DNA of 64,000 nt, taken from assembly GCF_001194135.2 (NCBI RefSeq), contig NC_069004.1, forward strand, positions 22,224,222-22,288,221. Reading direction: 5' to 3'. This DNA is from Octopus bimaculoides. Lineage: Eukaryota. Position numbers and translations under genes: made by a program. The notes below the pieces were generated by a model. The model saw nothing but the letters and a program-made list of their open reading frames with translations, was not told the DNA's origin and did not search any database. Positions 50,759 through 64,000 of this stretch are shown in pieces; position 1 is the stretch's first letter, and every line of letters starts with the position of its first letter.

Positions 50759-52949
50759 TATACTTGTTAGTATATTATAGTTGCATAACAAAATACAGTG
50801 TCCCTACCAGCAATTAATATTATGTACCAGTTGTCAGGAATGTGTTTAATATGTAAAATTGGTATGTCCAATTGTGTTACACTACTAAATTTAGTGGCTA
50901 TTTAAGCAATGTGTTCGTGGATGGTTTATGGGTAGGGTGTGGTGCTGAAGAAAAGAAGGAGCAATAGTATGCATATACATCCACTACCTATTTTCTATCT
51001 TCAATCACATTGTTTACATATTTGTATACAAAACATTGCAACTTTCAGTGTTGGCTCTAATTTCTACAGAAAATGTGTAGAGATAATTTAAAAAAAATAA
51101 GCATCATAAACTCTGTACAATTGAATTGCATAGCTGTTTAGAAATGTTCCAAAATAATACTTTTAATTAATACCTTTAATTAATGTTTTTAATTAATGTT
51201 TTTAAAAACAATGAGTGTGGGTGTTCATTTTGCATACATCTGTGCAGACGCATCTATGTAGACATATGCACACCCATAGATACATATATACACAGAATTA
51301 TATATTCATGTACACATATATATACATACGTGCATATATTTACACATGTTTATGTACATAAACTCACTTATAGACATGCACACACATATTAAAACATATA
51401 TCAATAAAACCTTTTAATTAAACATCTCAAAAACCAATGCACTTTTCCTCTGAACCAGAACAAAATTCAAAAGAAAACTAGGATTGGTTTATCGGCTGAT
51501 GATCAGAAATGAGCAACTTGGAGTACTGGAAATTGGAGCCTTTCAGTCATGATGTATATTGATGAATACTCTACATTTGTATTGAGTTCTGTAATTTATC
51601 GCTTCTGATAAATCAACAGAGATTTATACTACTTTGTAGTATAGTAAATTCCTATTTGCAACACAACTTCAAAGGTAAAAGTATATATTGGTTTCAAAGG
51701 TCAGCAATTTAGCGACAGTGGGGGTGGGGTAGTTGATTACAGCAACCCCAGTGCTCCACTGGTACTTATTTTATTGATCCTGAAAGAATGAAAGGCAAAA
51801 TTGACCTCAGTGAGATTTGAATTCAAAACAAAGACAAATGCCGCTAAGCAATTTGCCTAACATACCAACAATTCTGCCAGTGCCTAAGTAAATGTATATA
51901 TTAAAAGCTTCCATCAATGTTTTATGTTAATTTATTTTCCAAACACCAACTTAATAATGACAAAATTTAGTCATTCCAAGCACCAAGCAAAAGGTCATGG
52001 TTTATGTCCCATCAGTAGTCTAATTGCATTTTTATCATCTCAAATTGATTATTATAATGTCAAATAACATTTCTATTAAAACATTAGCAGATAATTCATA
52101 AATAAAAAGAATTTTTACTCAGTGAAAATCTCGCATTGTCTGTCATTGGAAGTAAATAAGATTTTGGTAAAGAATTAACTTCCAATATGAATTCACAGAT
52201 GGATAATATGAGACAGCGGCAGTGTAGGGTGGATTCATATGAAAAGGGTTAATAGAAACAAAATCTGGAATCTGAAAACACCATATCAAGCAAAACAAGA
52301 TGCTTATTGAAAGCAATACTTAATAGTCGGGGAAATAGAAAGTTGAAAAGTAGAGGCAAATGGGGAGGGTGGGGAAGTAATGATGATGACGATGTAAAAG
52401 AGGAAGAGTTACATGTGCACTTGAAACCCTGGTTCAGTTAAACAAAGTAAACAAACAAAAGACCTCTAAGAATAATATTATTTTAAATCAGTCATGCAAC
52501 AGAGCTTACAAGAAGGTAAACTAGAGAGTTGAAGCTATTATATCTAAAATAATAATTAGTCGCTGAGGTTAATTATGCAGTAATGCAGTCTACATAACCA
52601 TACTCAAAGAAGCGAGCACCAAAAATCTAATTAGAAATGTATATGTAGTGAGGAGAAAAAAAGAGTTAACTCAATGCATTATATTATTAAAATCATTTTG
52701 GTATGTAAGGAGATAACTAATTTATTGTTTTTCATTTGGATGGCATCAGTAGTTTTTAATGAGATTTTAATGCTAATTTCTACTCTTGTAAACATCTACT
52801 CAGTAATCTACTCTTTCACTACTGCTTCAGCAAATACGGTGAAGTTTGTCTTACAAAAGAGAGGTGCCTTAAGATTGAATTATGTCTTGAGTAACATTTC
52901 ATACTTAGTAACCAAATTTATTAAAATAATATTAATCATTGAGCTTCTT

Positions 52950-53558
52950 TTAACCCTTTAACCTTTAAACCTGCCATATCCAGTCTAAATATTCTACTTG
53001 TTTTATGTTCCCATTGGCCAGATCTGGCTTCTTCACATCTACCCAACAATGTTATTCTAAAAATAAACAATCACATCGTTTAAATCACAAAGCTATGAGA
53101 TAATGCATGATTAATTTAAAACAATGTGAATAAATTAAGCATTACATTTGACTGAGAAATTTGAGTTCTGGATTAAATTGATATATATTAAAATTTGCCA
53201 TCAGTATTTCAAGTTAATTTATGTTCCAAACACCAGCATAATACTAGCAAAGTTACTTTTACTAAATTCTTCATTATTTTAAAAATTAAGTGAAACAAAG
53301 GTAATGTATTTCAATAGAAATACGGTAACAAATGTGTTAATGCTGTCAGTTCCTCATGTATTTCTATTAGATCTTTAACACTTTAGCATTTAAACCAGCC
53401 AGATTTGGCCCCTTACATCTGCCCTACAATGTCATTCTAAAAACAAACAATCATATCACTGAAATCTCAAAGCTATGAGATAATGCATGATTAATGCAAA
53501 ACAATATGAATAAACAAGCATTACATTTGATACAATAATCTGAATGCTAAAGGGTTAA
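52950..53558. mobile_element. Cluster of TTAA-type MITEs: E (52950-53176), F fragment (53180-53341), internally deleted E (53375-53558)
   Basis: Four or more TTAA-bounded termini and body homology to the other copies. Confidence 0.75.
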
Positions 53559-54599
53559 TGCTCATTACATTAAAAATATCAACACTGCCTTAAAAATATT
53601 CAATCTAGTTTCAATGGTGATAACATCAGTATTTATAACCATTGAGGAAAGTTTCAGATTAACTAAACACATCTATGACCTTCTCCTTGTTGTAGAGTTC
53701 CAAGTTTGCACTGATCACACTCATATTTTTGAGTTGTGATCATCCCATCTCTTACCTTTTATCTTTTACTTGTTCCAGTCATTAGACAGCAGCCATACTG
53801 GGGCATTGCCTTGAAGAACTTTTAGCCAAATGAATCAACCCCAGTACTTTTTTTTAAAGTCTGGTACTTATTTCTATCAATTTCTTTTGCCTAACTGCTA
53901 AGTTACACGGATGTAAACACACCAACACCAGTTGTCAGGTGGTGGTGGTGGGGGGCAAGTACATCTTTTTATTAAGCAGAATGTATAGAAGAACTACGTT
54001 ATCCAATATGCTCTTGCTTTTTTAAAAATAGTAAGATATAATTTAAGGGCGATTTGGTTTTTATTTCTGGCAGGTCAAATGACCAAGTAAATGCTCCCTT
54101 GTTGGTTCACATGCCTGTATATTTTTGTGGTGGTTACTGCAGAGATAGTCAAAGTGGACTCAATCAAAACATGGGGATAGTTGTTGATTCTCTGCACTTA
54201 ACATCAGAACAGCAATATTGCACTATGACTATTTAAGGTGCCAGTTGGGTTAGGGTAATGAGATGGCAAAATCGTTAGCACGCTGGACAAAATGCTTAGC
54301 AGCATTTCTTCCGATTCATTCCGAGTTCAAATTCCACCAAGGTCAACTTTGCCTTTCATCTTTTTGGGATCGATAAAATAAGAACCAGTTGAGCACTGAG
54401 ATTGAGGTAATCGACTAGCCCTCTCAACCGAAATTGCTGGCCTAGTGCCAAAATTTGAAACCAATATTATAATTTAGGTTTATCAACTATTAATGGACGT
54501 CTCTGCCAACTATTTATCAACTATTGATGGACGTCCATCAATAATCAAAATCGTTGACTAACCACACTAGCGTAATAGGATAAACATATACCCTTTATC

Positions 54600-54905
54600 T
54601 TTTACTTATTTCTGATAATGGACTGTGACCATACTGAGGCAATGCCTTGAAGGGTTTACATCAAACAAAATTGACTCCAATACCTATTTTTAATGTCTGG
54701 TATTTATTTTGTCGGTGTCTTTCGCTAAACCAACATCGATTGTTAAGATGGGGGATTAACAAAACACAAGGACACATATCTAACAAGGCATTGTTTGGTT
54801 CGGAGCTACAATAAAAGACACTTGCCCAAGGTGCCGCAGAGTGGGACTGAACCTGAAACCATGCTTTTGCAAAGCAAGCTTCTTAAACACAGGGTCATGT
54901 CTGCT
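54600..54905 (-). mobile_element. SINE family B copy
   Basis: aaagacacttgcccaaggtgccgcagagtgggactgaacc..gcaagcttcttaa. Confidence 0.8.
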
Positions 54906-56139
54906 ACCCGTGTGGAGAAATAATAAAATACGATGTCCGCCAGTAATACACTCCAGTCAAAAGTTAATTTTACGTTACATAAACGAATAACATTATGGTT
55001 TAGAAAAAAAAAACGATTAAACTTTTCTTTCTTTCAACGACTACTATCTAAATTCTTTATAGAAAATAAAACAAAAATACTTTCACGTTAATAACCTGTA
55101 TATTATCATTCTTGTTTTTGTTGTTGTTATTTTAGATTCCAGCACATAGAGTACTATTTTCTACCAACTTGTTTATTTTAAGGCAGATATAAAAATAGAC
55201 CATGTGAAAATTCTACAATACTTTATCTGCAACTGTATACATTAATTCAGCCTCTTTTATATTCTTTTATTTTCCGGTTTGTTTTTTGTTTTTGTAGAAA
55301 ATATGGAACACTTTACTTGCCACAATGTTCTAGCTCCTATACTTCATTTATTTCATATCGCCTTTCTTTTTTTTTTTTCTTTTGTTCTACCAGTGAATAA
55401 CTTAGCAAAACAGGGGTTGCTTAGAGTACATAAACATTCTCTTTCATGGACAACAGTCTTTTTATGCCTGATCAAATAATGTATCGGGTATAAAAACACA
55501 TTTCATGGTAACAATACTTAAGGAATTTTCGTAACACTTTTTGTATCCATTTTTCTCTGCTGATAAGTGTTGGCTAGTTTTGTCAAATTGTTGCTCTAGC
55601 AACTGGACGTGTTCTTCTCTTCACAGCTCTGACCAGTCAGCAGTTGAAAACACAGATATACAATTACAACCTGCTGTACAACTTGAATCCTCTTCCAAAA
55701 TAATTTTAAAAACCCTAATAAAGCAGACTTTTGACCAAAACTATTCCAACCATGACCAATACAAAAGATAAACTGAAACAGTTGTCTATCCAATATTCAT
55801 TTAAAAGTAAAGCTGTTCCCTACACACAAACACACACATTACATACACAAATGTGTGTGTGTTTTAACATCATCTGATGATTGTAAACAAGTATCACCAT
55901 CATACAAGCAATGTTGTTTGCTTCTAATCTTCCACAGAAAACATGTCCTGGCAAGGGAAAATATTACTTTACTTGAAAACAGGTATAAGTTCACATCAAG
56001 AACATTTGGCCATAGAAAATGTGCCTTAAACTCCATTTGACCAATATAAGCATTGAAAAGTGAAGGTTAAAAGATGATGACTTCAGGACACTGAGCCTTA
56101 CAGAGATGACAAAGGACTGAGATATCTGGCACCTTGCTG

Positions 56140-56460
56140 TACTCAAGACCTGTCTTCCACTGCAGAAGTATTAATACCCCTCCCCCTGTTGAAGAGGACT
56201 TGCCATGTAGAAGAGGACTGGCCTGCTGATGTCAGGTAAAAAGCACCCATGCCAGCACCATGTAATAGCACCCTTATCAGGGCCACATAAATACACCCAG
56301 CACACTCTGTAAAGTGGTTGGTGTTACAAAGGACATCTGACTGTAGAAACCAATCCAAATCAGACTGGAGCCTGGTGCAGCTCTCCTGCTTACTAGCTCT
56401 GTTCAAACCATCTAACCCATGCCTGCATGGAAAACAGACATTAAATGATGATGATGATTC
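56140..56460 (+). mobile_element. RTE-type 3' UTR/tail fragment
   Basis: gtaaaaagcaccc..cacactctgtaaagtggttgg..cagactggagcctggtgcagc..catggaaaacagacattaaat(gat)n. Confidence 0.8.
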
Positions 56461-58989
56461 CAATGATCCTACAAAATATCAATTCAAGTAACGGGAGATA
56501 AAACTATTTTGATGCTAAATTCAAATTACGATGAAAGTAAACAAAGTTTGCTTTAGAAGAGTTGAGATGTATTGAAATAATTTTATTCTCATACACAGGA
56601 TAATGCCAATAATATAGCACGAACAGGATAAACTATCCACATTTTGCAGAAAAATGTGTCAGTAGCATATTAAGAAAAATTACTAACATCCAGCTGTCCA
56701 AAGAAATTGTCACTATCACTACATAAAATGTCCAAAGTTACAAAATGATAAAAAAAAACATCCTAAACGTGGAGAGACCTAATCACAGCTAAGCGGACTG
56801 AGCTGTTGAGAACACTGTATTCTAGTAATGGATGAAGTACATTACCAACATACAATGCACCAACCTACCAGCTGGTTGTCCAGTACCATACTGATTCAAC
56901 TAGTCATACACTCATATAAACACAACAGATATTTGATGTATTTTCTGAGTATTCATTATTCAAAACCTAAAACTGCTGAATGAATACTTGTAATTGAAGC
57001 ATGGAGTGTCATGTGTGCATGTGCACACCATACATTCATCTTTTATGTTTTATGGCTTACTCGTTTCAGTCATTAGACTGTGGTCATGCTGGGGCACTGC
57101 CTTGAAGAATTTTTAGTTGAATGAATCAATCCCAGGACTTACTTTTCAAAATCTGGTACTTATTCTTTTAGTCTCTTTTGCCAAACTGCTAAGTTACAGA
57201 GACATAAACAAACCAACACCAGTTATCAAGTGATGGTGGGGGACAGACAGACACAAAGATACAAACACACACACATCTATATATATATATATATATATAT
57301 NNNNNNNNNNNNNNNNNNNNNNNNNNNNNNNNNNNNNNNNNNNNNNNNNNNNNNNNNNNNNNNNNNNNNNNNNNNNNNNNNNNNNNNNNNNNNNNNNNNN
57401 NNNNNNNNNNNNNNNNNNNNNNNNNNNNNNNNNNNNNNNNNNNNNNNNNNNNNNNNNNNNNNNNNNNNNNNNNNNNNNNNNNNNNNNNNNNNNNNNNNNN
57501 NNNNNNNNNNNNNNNNNNNNNNNNNNNNNNNNNNNNNNNNNNNNNNNNNNNNNNNNNNNNNNNNNNNNNNNNNNNNNNNNNNNNNNNNNNNNNNNNNNNN
57601 NNNNNNNNNNNNNNNNNNNNNNNNNNNNNNNNNNNNNNNNNNNNNNNNNNNNNNNNNNNNNNNNNNNNNNNNNNNNNNNNNNNNNNNNNNNNNNNNNNNN
57701 NNNNNNNNNNNNNNNNNNNNNNNNNNNNNNNNNNNNNNNNNNNNNNNNNNNNNNNNNNNNNNNNNNNNNNNNNNNNNNNNNNNNNNNNNNNNNNNNNNNN
57801 NNNNNNNNNNNNNNNNNNNNNNNNNNNNNNNNNNNNNNNNNNNNNNNNNNNNNNNNNNNNNNNNNNNNNNNNNNNNNNNNNNNNNNNNNNNNNNNNNNNN
57901 NNNNNNNNNNNNNNNNNNNNNNNNNNNNNNNNNNNNNNNNNNNNNNNNNNNNNNNNNNNNNNNNNNNNNNNNNNNNNNNNNNNNNNNNNNNNNNNNNNNN
58001 NNNNNNNNNNNNNNNNNNNNNNNNNNNNNNNNNNNNNNNNNNNNNNNNNNNNNNNNNNNNNNNNNNNNNNNNNNNNNNNNNNNNNNNNNNNNNNNNNNNN
58101 NNNNNNNNNNNNNNNNNNNNNNNNNNNNNNNNNNNNNNNNNNNNNNNNNNNNNNNNNNNNNNNNNNNNNNNNNNNNNNNNNNNNNNNNNNNNNNNNNNNN
58201 NNNNNNNNNNNNNNNNNNNNNNNNNNNNNNNNNNNNNNNNNNNNNNAAGTTTTCGTTCGCTTAACCATGAAACGATTCGCCCCAATTAACTAAAGGCTTG
58301 TTTTGTTTGTGCTTTTCCCTCCGGTTTTTTGTTCTATGTGTGCCATAAATATTGCCATCCGTTTTAGAGAAAAATTTGTAGTTTAGAATTAGTAGTTCTT
58401 TGACTGCTGTTTCTGAATTTTCAGTATGTTGGAGAAGCAACTCAATTGCTAATCCCTTATATTTATGATGATAAATGTTCTTACCGATAAAGGTTTATTT
58501 CATACTGAACTACTTGGCAAAATTGTTAATTGTTAATTCTATTATTAATCGACGATTCCCTGCCCTCATTTCTTGTATATTATATATATATATATATATA
58601 TACATGACAGGGTCTTTCAGGTTCTGTCTACCAAATCCACTCACAAAGTTTTGGTCAGCCCAAAGCTATAGTAGAAGACACTTGCCCAAGGTGCCATGCA
58701 GTGGGAGTGATTGGGAAGCAAATTTGTTACCACAACCACACCTGCATTCATGTTTGTGTTTACAGAAGAGTATCTCACATGTAGGATCTAGGTAATTAAA
58801 GCAGTCAAACATTGTTTTTTTCACACACACACACACACACATGCAACAACATCATTGCATTTAAGATACTTTTTTTCACGAAAAGAAAGGGCTCAAAAAA
58901 AATCACCTGGGGTCCTGTATGTGAAGTTGGGCCTTCTATAAGCTTTAATGCACTAAAAACTGTTGTCCTAAGTGACTTTGTCATCAAAC

Positions 58990-59225
58990 ACGATATATAG
59001 TTCTCTGTGTATGTAAGTGCCAGTGCCATGTTAAAAGCACTGGTGATGGTGCCACATAAAAACCACCCAGTACACTTTGTTGAGTGGGTGGCATTAGCAA
59101 GGTCATCCATCCATAGAAAGCATGCCAGAATAGACAATGGAGCTTGGTGAGGCCCCTGGCCTTATCAGCTCCAAACAGTTCAACCCACACCAGTTTGGAA
59201 AATGGGCAGTAAATGATGATGATAT
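58990..59225 (+). mobile_element. RTE-type 3' tail fragment
   Basis: ggtgccacataaaaaccacc..aaggtcatccatccatagaaa..gtaaatgatgatgatatatt. Confidence 0.75.
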
Positions 59226-59755
59226 ATTCTAGGGTGTGTGTGTTTGTGTTTAGCCATAGCATACCACAGGTACCAAAAGTAGGACACTTTGTGTTAAACA
59301 TTACATAAAGTGAATGTCATATATCTAAATTGATATTGTGCTGTCTATAGATAGTGCAGAAAATGTGAACCAGACAGAAATAGCACATTCACATACACAA
59401 ACATGTCACTAGGTAGATGGGTGTATACATTTGATGTGTGCTATTAGTACATATCTAAGCACTATTCATTACAAATGCTCTTTAGAGACAGTAGACTAAG
59501 TAATATTTAGATAGTTATTTAATGTTATGTATGTTCCACTATTGAGGAAACATTACCTCATTCTCACTATCATACACATCTGGTAACTAAAGGGTTTGAC
59601 TAGGCAAAGTGGGGGATGAGTTTGGCAATACTCTCTAACAAACAAATTACTAAAATATACACATGCAAATATGCATGCACAGATAAACGCATGCATAAAG
59701 CTGCAGTCCAAAGATCAAAACAAGTGAAATAAAAATTATAAAAGTGTATATATAT

Positions 59756-60642
59756 ATCATCATCATCATCATCATCATCGTTTAACGTCCGCTTTCCATG
59801 CTAGCATGGGTTGGACGATTTGACTGAGGACTGGTGAAACCGGATGGCAACACCAGGCTCCAATCTAATTTGGCAGAGTTTCTACAGCTGGATGCCCTTC
59901 CTAACGCCAACCACTCAGAGAGTGTAGTGGGTGCTTTTACGTGTCACCCGCACGAAAACGGCCACGCTCGAAATGGTGTCTTTTATGTGCNNNNNNNNNN
60001 NNNNNNNNNNNNNNNNNNNNNNNNNNNNNNNNNNNNNNNNNNNNNNNNNNNNNNNNNNNNNNNNNNNNNNNNNNNNNNNNNNNNNNNNNNNNNNNNNNNN
60101 NNNNNNNNNNNNNNNNNNNNNNNNNNNNNNNNNNNNNNNNNNNNNNNNNNNNNNNNNNNNNNNNNNNNNNNNNNNNNNNNNNNNNNNNNNNNNNNNNNNN
60201 NNNNNNNNNNNNNNNNNNNNNNNNNNNNNNNNNNNNNNNNNNNNNNNNNNNNNNNNNNNNNNNNNNNNNNNNNNNNNNNNNNNNNNNNNNNNNNNNNNNN
60301 NNNNNNNNNNNNNNNNNNNNNNNNNNNNNNNNNNNNNNNNNNNNNTATCCTCATCCATTCTCACCACATGTCCATACCAGCGCAATCGTCTCTCTTGCAC
60401 ACCACAACTGATGCTTCTAATGTTCAGCTTTTCTCTCAAGATACTTACACTCTGACGGGTATTCACATTGACATTACACATCCAACGGAGCATACTGGCT
60501 TCATTCCTTGCGAGCTTACGTATGTCCTCAGCAGTTACAGCCCATGTTTCACTGCCATGTAGCATGGCTGTTCGTACGCATGTGTCATACAGTCTGCCTT
60601 TTACTCTGAGTGAGAGTCCCTTTGTCGCCAGCAGGGGTAGAG

Positions 60643-60650
<8 letters not shown>
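59756..60650 (-). mobile_element. Young 5'-truncated RTE LINE spanning an N gap, flanked by (TA)n on both sides
   Basis: PLLATKGLSLRVKGRLYDTCVRTAMLHGSETWAVT..RLRWYGHVVRMDED at 60346-60640; 3' tail with (GAT)n at 59756-59990. Confidence 0.93.
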
Positions 60651-60673
<23 letters not shown>

Positions 60674-60907
60674 CATATAAATATGTTTATATATAGGGCT
60701 GCTTCCAGTGACCATGGGTTTCTGGAAAGTTACTTTCCAAACTCCAGGCCTGGGCAAGTGTTTCTGTGGAAGTCTAGAAGTTGCCCATGCATACAAGTCT
60801 CTCACCTCATCCTACTGTGGCACACAGTCTTTAAATTTTTATGTATAACTTGACATAAAAACAAGCATGCCTGCACACACACACACACACACACAGATAG
60901 ACACATG

Positions 60908-61312
60908 GATGCAAGCATGGCAATGTGGTAAGAAATTTGCTACTCAGTCATATAGTTAGTTCCAGGATCAGTCCCACCATGTGGCACCTTGGGCAAGTTA
61001 CATTTCCTATAGTCTTCGGCTGATCAAACCCTCGAGTGAATTTAGTAGAGGGGAAACTAAAAGAAGCTTGTCGTGTGTGTGAGTGTGTTTATCTGTGTGT
61101 GTGAGTGCATGCGTGTGTGTGTGTGTGTCTTTGTATTTGTCCCCCACCACTGCTTTACAACCAGTGTTGGTTTGTTTATGCCCTGACAGAATAAGTATCA
61201 GGCTTTAGAAAATGTTTAGAAATAAGTACTGGGGTCAATTTGTTCAACCAAAACCCTTAACAACAGTGCCCTAGCATGGCTACAGTCCAATGACTGAAAC
61301 AAAAGATAAAAA
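60908..61312 (+). mobile_element. SINE family B, full-length
   Basis: ggcaatgtggtaagaaatttgc..ggcaccttgggcaagt (CORE; compare MIR gtgaccttgggcaagt), (TG)n, body ending gactgaaacaaaagataaaa. Confidence 0.88.
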
Positions 61313-61954
61313 ATGTATGCTGAATATTTTCTACCTCAGTATCACACATACTCACACACACACACACACACACACAGAACAAGGAAGAAAAATGTACCAT
61401 TTATATACGAGTGTTTAAGTGTTCATATGTACACACACACACACATGCATATATATATATATAATAACCACACAACTTTTCATGGATTGTTGGATCACCA
61501 CCTAATATTTCATCATCTTTAAGTTGTGTGCCAAGTGTAAGTCAGATCAGAAGAGCCAATTTTCCCCCCATTGGCTTATAATATAGTTAGCGGAGTAAGA
61601 GAAGCAGCAGCTGAAGGAGGAGAGAGAGCAGTCATTCAATGAAATGGTATGAATGAACAAACGTGGAATCTGAACATGTACTGCAGACTGTTTCATTGCA
61701 AAATCAAGATGCAATGAAAAGGTCAATGTATCGCAGTTTCATTGCACCAATGCCAAAATGGATAAAATGGATTGAATGCAATGCTAATAGCAGTGGTGAA
61801 GGTGGTGGTTGTGATGATGATGATGCCAGTGGTGGTGACAATGAAGATAATGAAGAAGACAGGCCAACTTTGTCAGTAATGTGCGAGAATAAGTACAACA
61901 TGGAAAACTGACTCTGGGCCCTAATATTTGCTTCATGCACATCACATGTGTGTA

Positions 61955-62056
<102 letters not shown>

Positions 62057-62409
62057 ATCATCATTATCATCATCATTCGTATTCCATGCTGTGATGGGTT
62101 GGGTATATATATGCATGTGAGTGTACATATGTGTGTATATGCATATGTATATGTATCTGATGTGTGTGTGTGTGTAGAAAAGAAGTAAAGCTGTTAGTGA
62201 ATACAAAAAAGCAACTGATGTTGCCAAGATATGAAGACAGACAAAAAAATGCCATGAAAGTTATTCATATAAACTCTTGCCTCAAAAACAATGAATACCA
62301 CCATCAGCAGTGATTGTAGTGGTTATGGTAGTGGTGGTGGTGGCATCAGCAATAAAATACAGAGAGAGCAAAACTCTATGGAAATCCCAAATTGCCTAAA
62401 ATTTACCAA

Positions 62410-62456
<47 letters not shown>

Positions 62457-62460
62457 ATAT

Positions 62461-62866
62461 CAGGGATGTAATGCCTGGGTAGGCAAGGTAGGCACTGCCA
62501 ACCCTGAATGCAGTAGATCAATACTAACATTTTCCTTTTATAGCAAAATATGCACCTAATTCAATAAAATTATGAAGATTACTCTGATTACTATGCATAA
62601 AATGCAAAATATTTTATTTTTTTGTTGATTAGGTAGGCATAATTTGCCCCTGCCTTTCAATCTCAGTATTCAAACTACACGTAGTACTGCTGCAGTACAC
62701 ATGCTGCATACATTCCTGCAACAACATTTTCTTTACATGTTATAAAGGCAGAAGTAAATCTGCCTCCAACTCAGTCATGCACCTATGTATCGCTTATTTT
62801 TTTTGCGTGTTTTACTAGATGAATGTCACCAAGTGCCTACCCTCAGTAATTACTCACAGCACATGC

Positions 62867-62869
<3 letters not shown>
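62461..62869. mobile_element. TIR element (hAT-like MITE) inserted in (TA)n
   Basis: Left cagggatgt..gggtaggca; reverse complement of right end caggcatgtg..gggtaggcac; flanks gtatatat / atatatat. Confidence 0.6.
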
Positions 62870-62906
<37 letters not shown>

Positions 62907-63073
62907 ACTACTGATATGCATAGTATTCAACATTTAATCAACACAATCCAACAAATAAACCTCTATGAAGTTGCTCAACCTACTAGAAACGACAGCCAAA
63001 TCTTCAAATCACACTACTATCTTTGGAAAGGAATGGACACCTAAGATAATGTACATCATCCTATACATACATC

Positions 63074-63480
63074 ATCTTTATATATAAAAGTGAGAATGAT
63101 GCATGCCTGCATCACTAAAACTTGAGAACGACCCAACCAAATTCATTCAAATTTTACTTATGCATTACTTAGGGTCCATGGACTGTCATGGGCCAAAAAA
63201 ACTTTTCAACTTCTTGCTTAATGTGGGCCTGAAGCAAATCTCTTAGACTGGTACTTTTGACATACAGATTATTTAATTAATTTTTTTTAAGTAAACACTT
63301 TCAAACTTCCGATACTGGTAGAATGTGTCACATAGAACAGGGTTTACTCTTAACATTTTTGACAAAATTTTGTATTTTAGAAGTTATTTCGTCAGAAGTT
63401 ACAGAGTGACAATGGAGAAATTCGGGTTTGGTAAATGCCAATACACGAAACTCTCTGCTTTTGACTTACTCTGTAACTTC
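63074..63480 (+). mobile_element. Possible Helitron-like non-autonomous element fragment
   Basis: Starts atctttatatataaaag..ctaaaacttgagaacg.cccaacc.aatt..tcaaatttt, like TCTATATATATAAAA-type Helitron 5' ends; 3' end not defined. Confidence 0.4.
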
Positions 63481-63518
63481 TGCTGATGATATATATACAT
63501 ATTACATATATGTATAAG

Positions 63519-63671
63519 GAGTGGCCGTGTGGTAAGTAGCTTGCTTACGAACCACATAGTTCTGGATTCAGTCCCACTGTGTGGCACCTTGGGCAAGTGT
63601 CTTCTACTACAGCCTTGGGTCGACCAAAGCCTTGAGTGGATTTGGTAGATGGAAACTGAGAGAAGCCTGTC

Positions 63672-63705
<34 letters not shown>
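63519..63705 (+). mobile_element. Well-preserved SINE family B head ending in (TA)n
   Basis: ggagtggccgtgtggtaagtagcttgc..ggattcagtccc..ggcaccttgggcaagtgtcttct..gaagcctgtcg(ta)n. Confidence 0.9.
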
Positions 63706-63706
<1 letters not shown>

Positions 63707-63710
<4 letters not shown>

Positions 63711-64000
63711 CTGTGCGAGCCATGTACAGAGATGCGGCCAGTAAGGTGAGGGTTGGAAATGAGTACAGCAATGAATTCCGGGTAGAGGTAGGGGTCCACC
63801 AAGGTTCCGTCCTCAGCCCCCTATTATTTACCATAGTCCTCCAGGCAATCACAGAGGAGTTCAAGACAGGTTGCCCCTGGGAGCTCCTCTATGCTGATGA
63901 CCTTGCCCTAATTGCGGAGTCACTATCAGAACTAGAGGAGAAGTTTCAGGTGTGGAAGCAAGGTCTAGAATTGAAGGGCCTTAGAGTCAACCTAGCTAAA
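63707..64000 (+). CDS. RTE LINE reverse transcriptase core, partial; 5'-truncated at (TA)n and open to the window end
   Basis: 98 uninterrupted codons: RAVRAMYRDAASKVRVGNEYSNEFRVEVGVHQGSVLSPLLFTIVLQAITEEFKTGCPWELLYADDLALIAESLSELEEKFQVWKQGLELKGLRVNLAK (QGSVLSPLLF and YADD motifs). Absent from the ORF track because no stop codon falls in the window. Confidence 0.95.

Noticed and set aside
59823-59840. ctgaggactggtgaaac, a hammerhead-like CUGANGA..GAAAC core (also at about 37482)
   Set aside because: The 5 nt between the core halves cannot form stem II, it is antisense to the LINE, and the motif is not kept in the 35806 copy.
61663-61911. 82-aa ORF with an acidic/Gly tract
   Set aside because: Much of the openness comes from (GGT)/(GAT) trinucleotide repeats; no homology recognised.

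Overview
AT-rich eukaryotic sequence full of microsatellites, with seven N gaps. I recognise no host protein-coding gene, so it reads as intergenic or deep-intronic DNA made almost entirely of transposable elements. The repeat repertoire points to an octopod cephalopod genome; this is inference from recalled octopus SINEs, not a database result. LINEs: young RTE-clade fragments with (GAT)n tails, an old RTE-BovB-like copy, an L1-Tx1 3' end and decayed CR1/L2-type pieces. SINEs: at least three tRNA-derived families (A; B with CORE-type head and internal microsatellite; C with the same head and an RTE-like tail). DNA elements: hAT, TTAA/piggyBac-type, mariner and pogo-like MITEs, Helentron-type elements, and Merlin and piggyBac transposase relics. 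There is also a 5S rRNA pseudogene and a tRNA-like relic. The best leads are (1) a tandemly repeated hairpin plus H-type pseudoknot module in the RTE 3' UTR, (2) a 5S-derived sequence fused to a CORE-SINE head, and (3) repeated insertion of RTE copies into (TA)n tracts. Repeat boundaries were read by eye and are good to about 10-20 nt unless a TSD or TIR is quoted.
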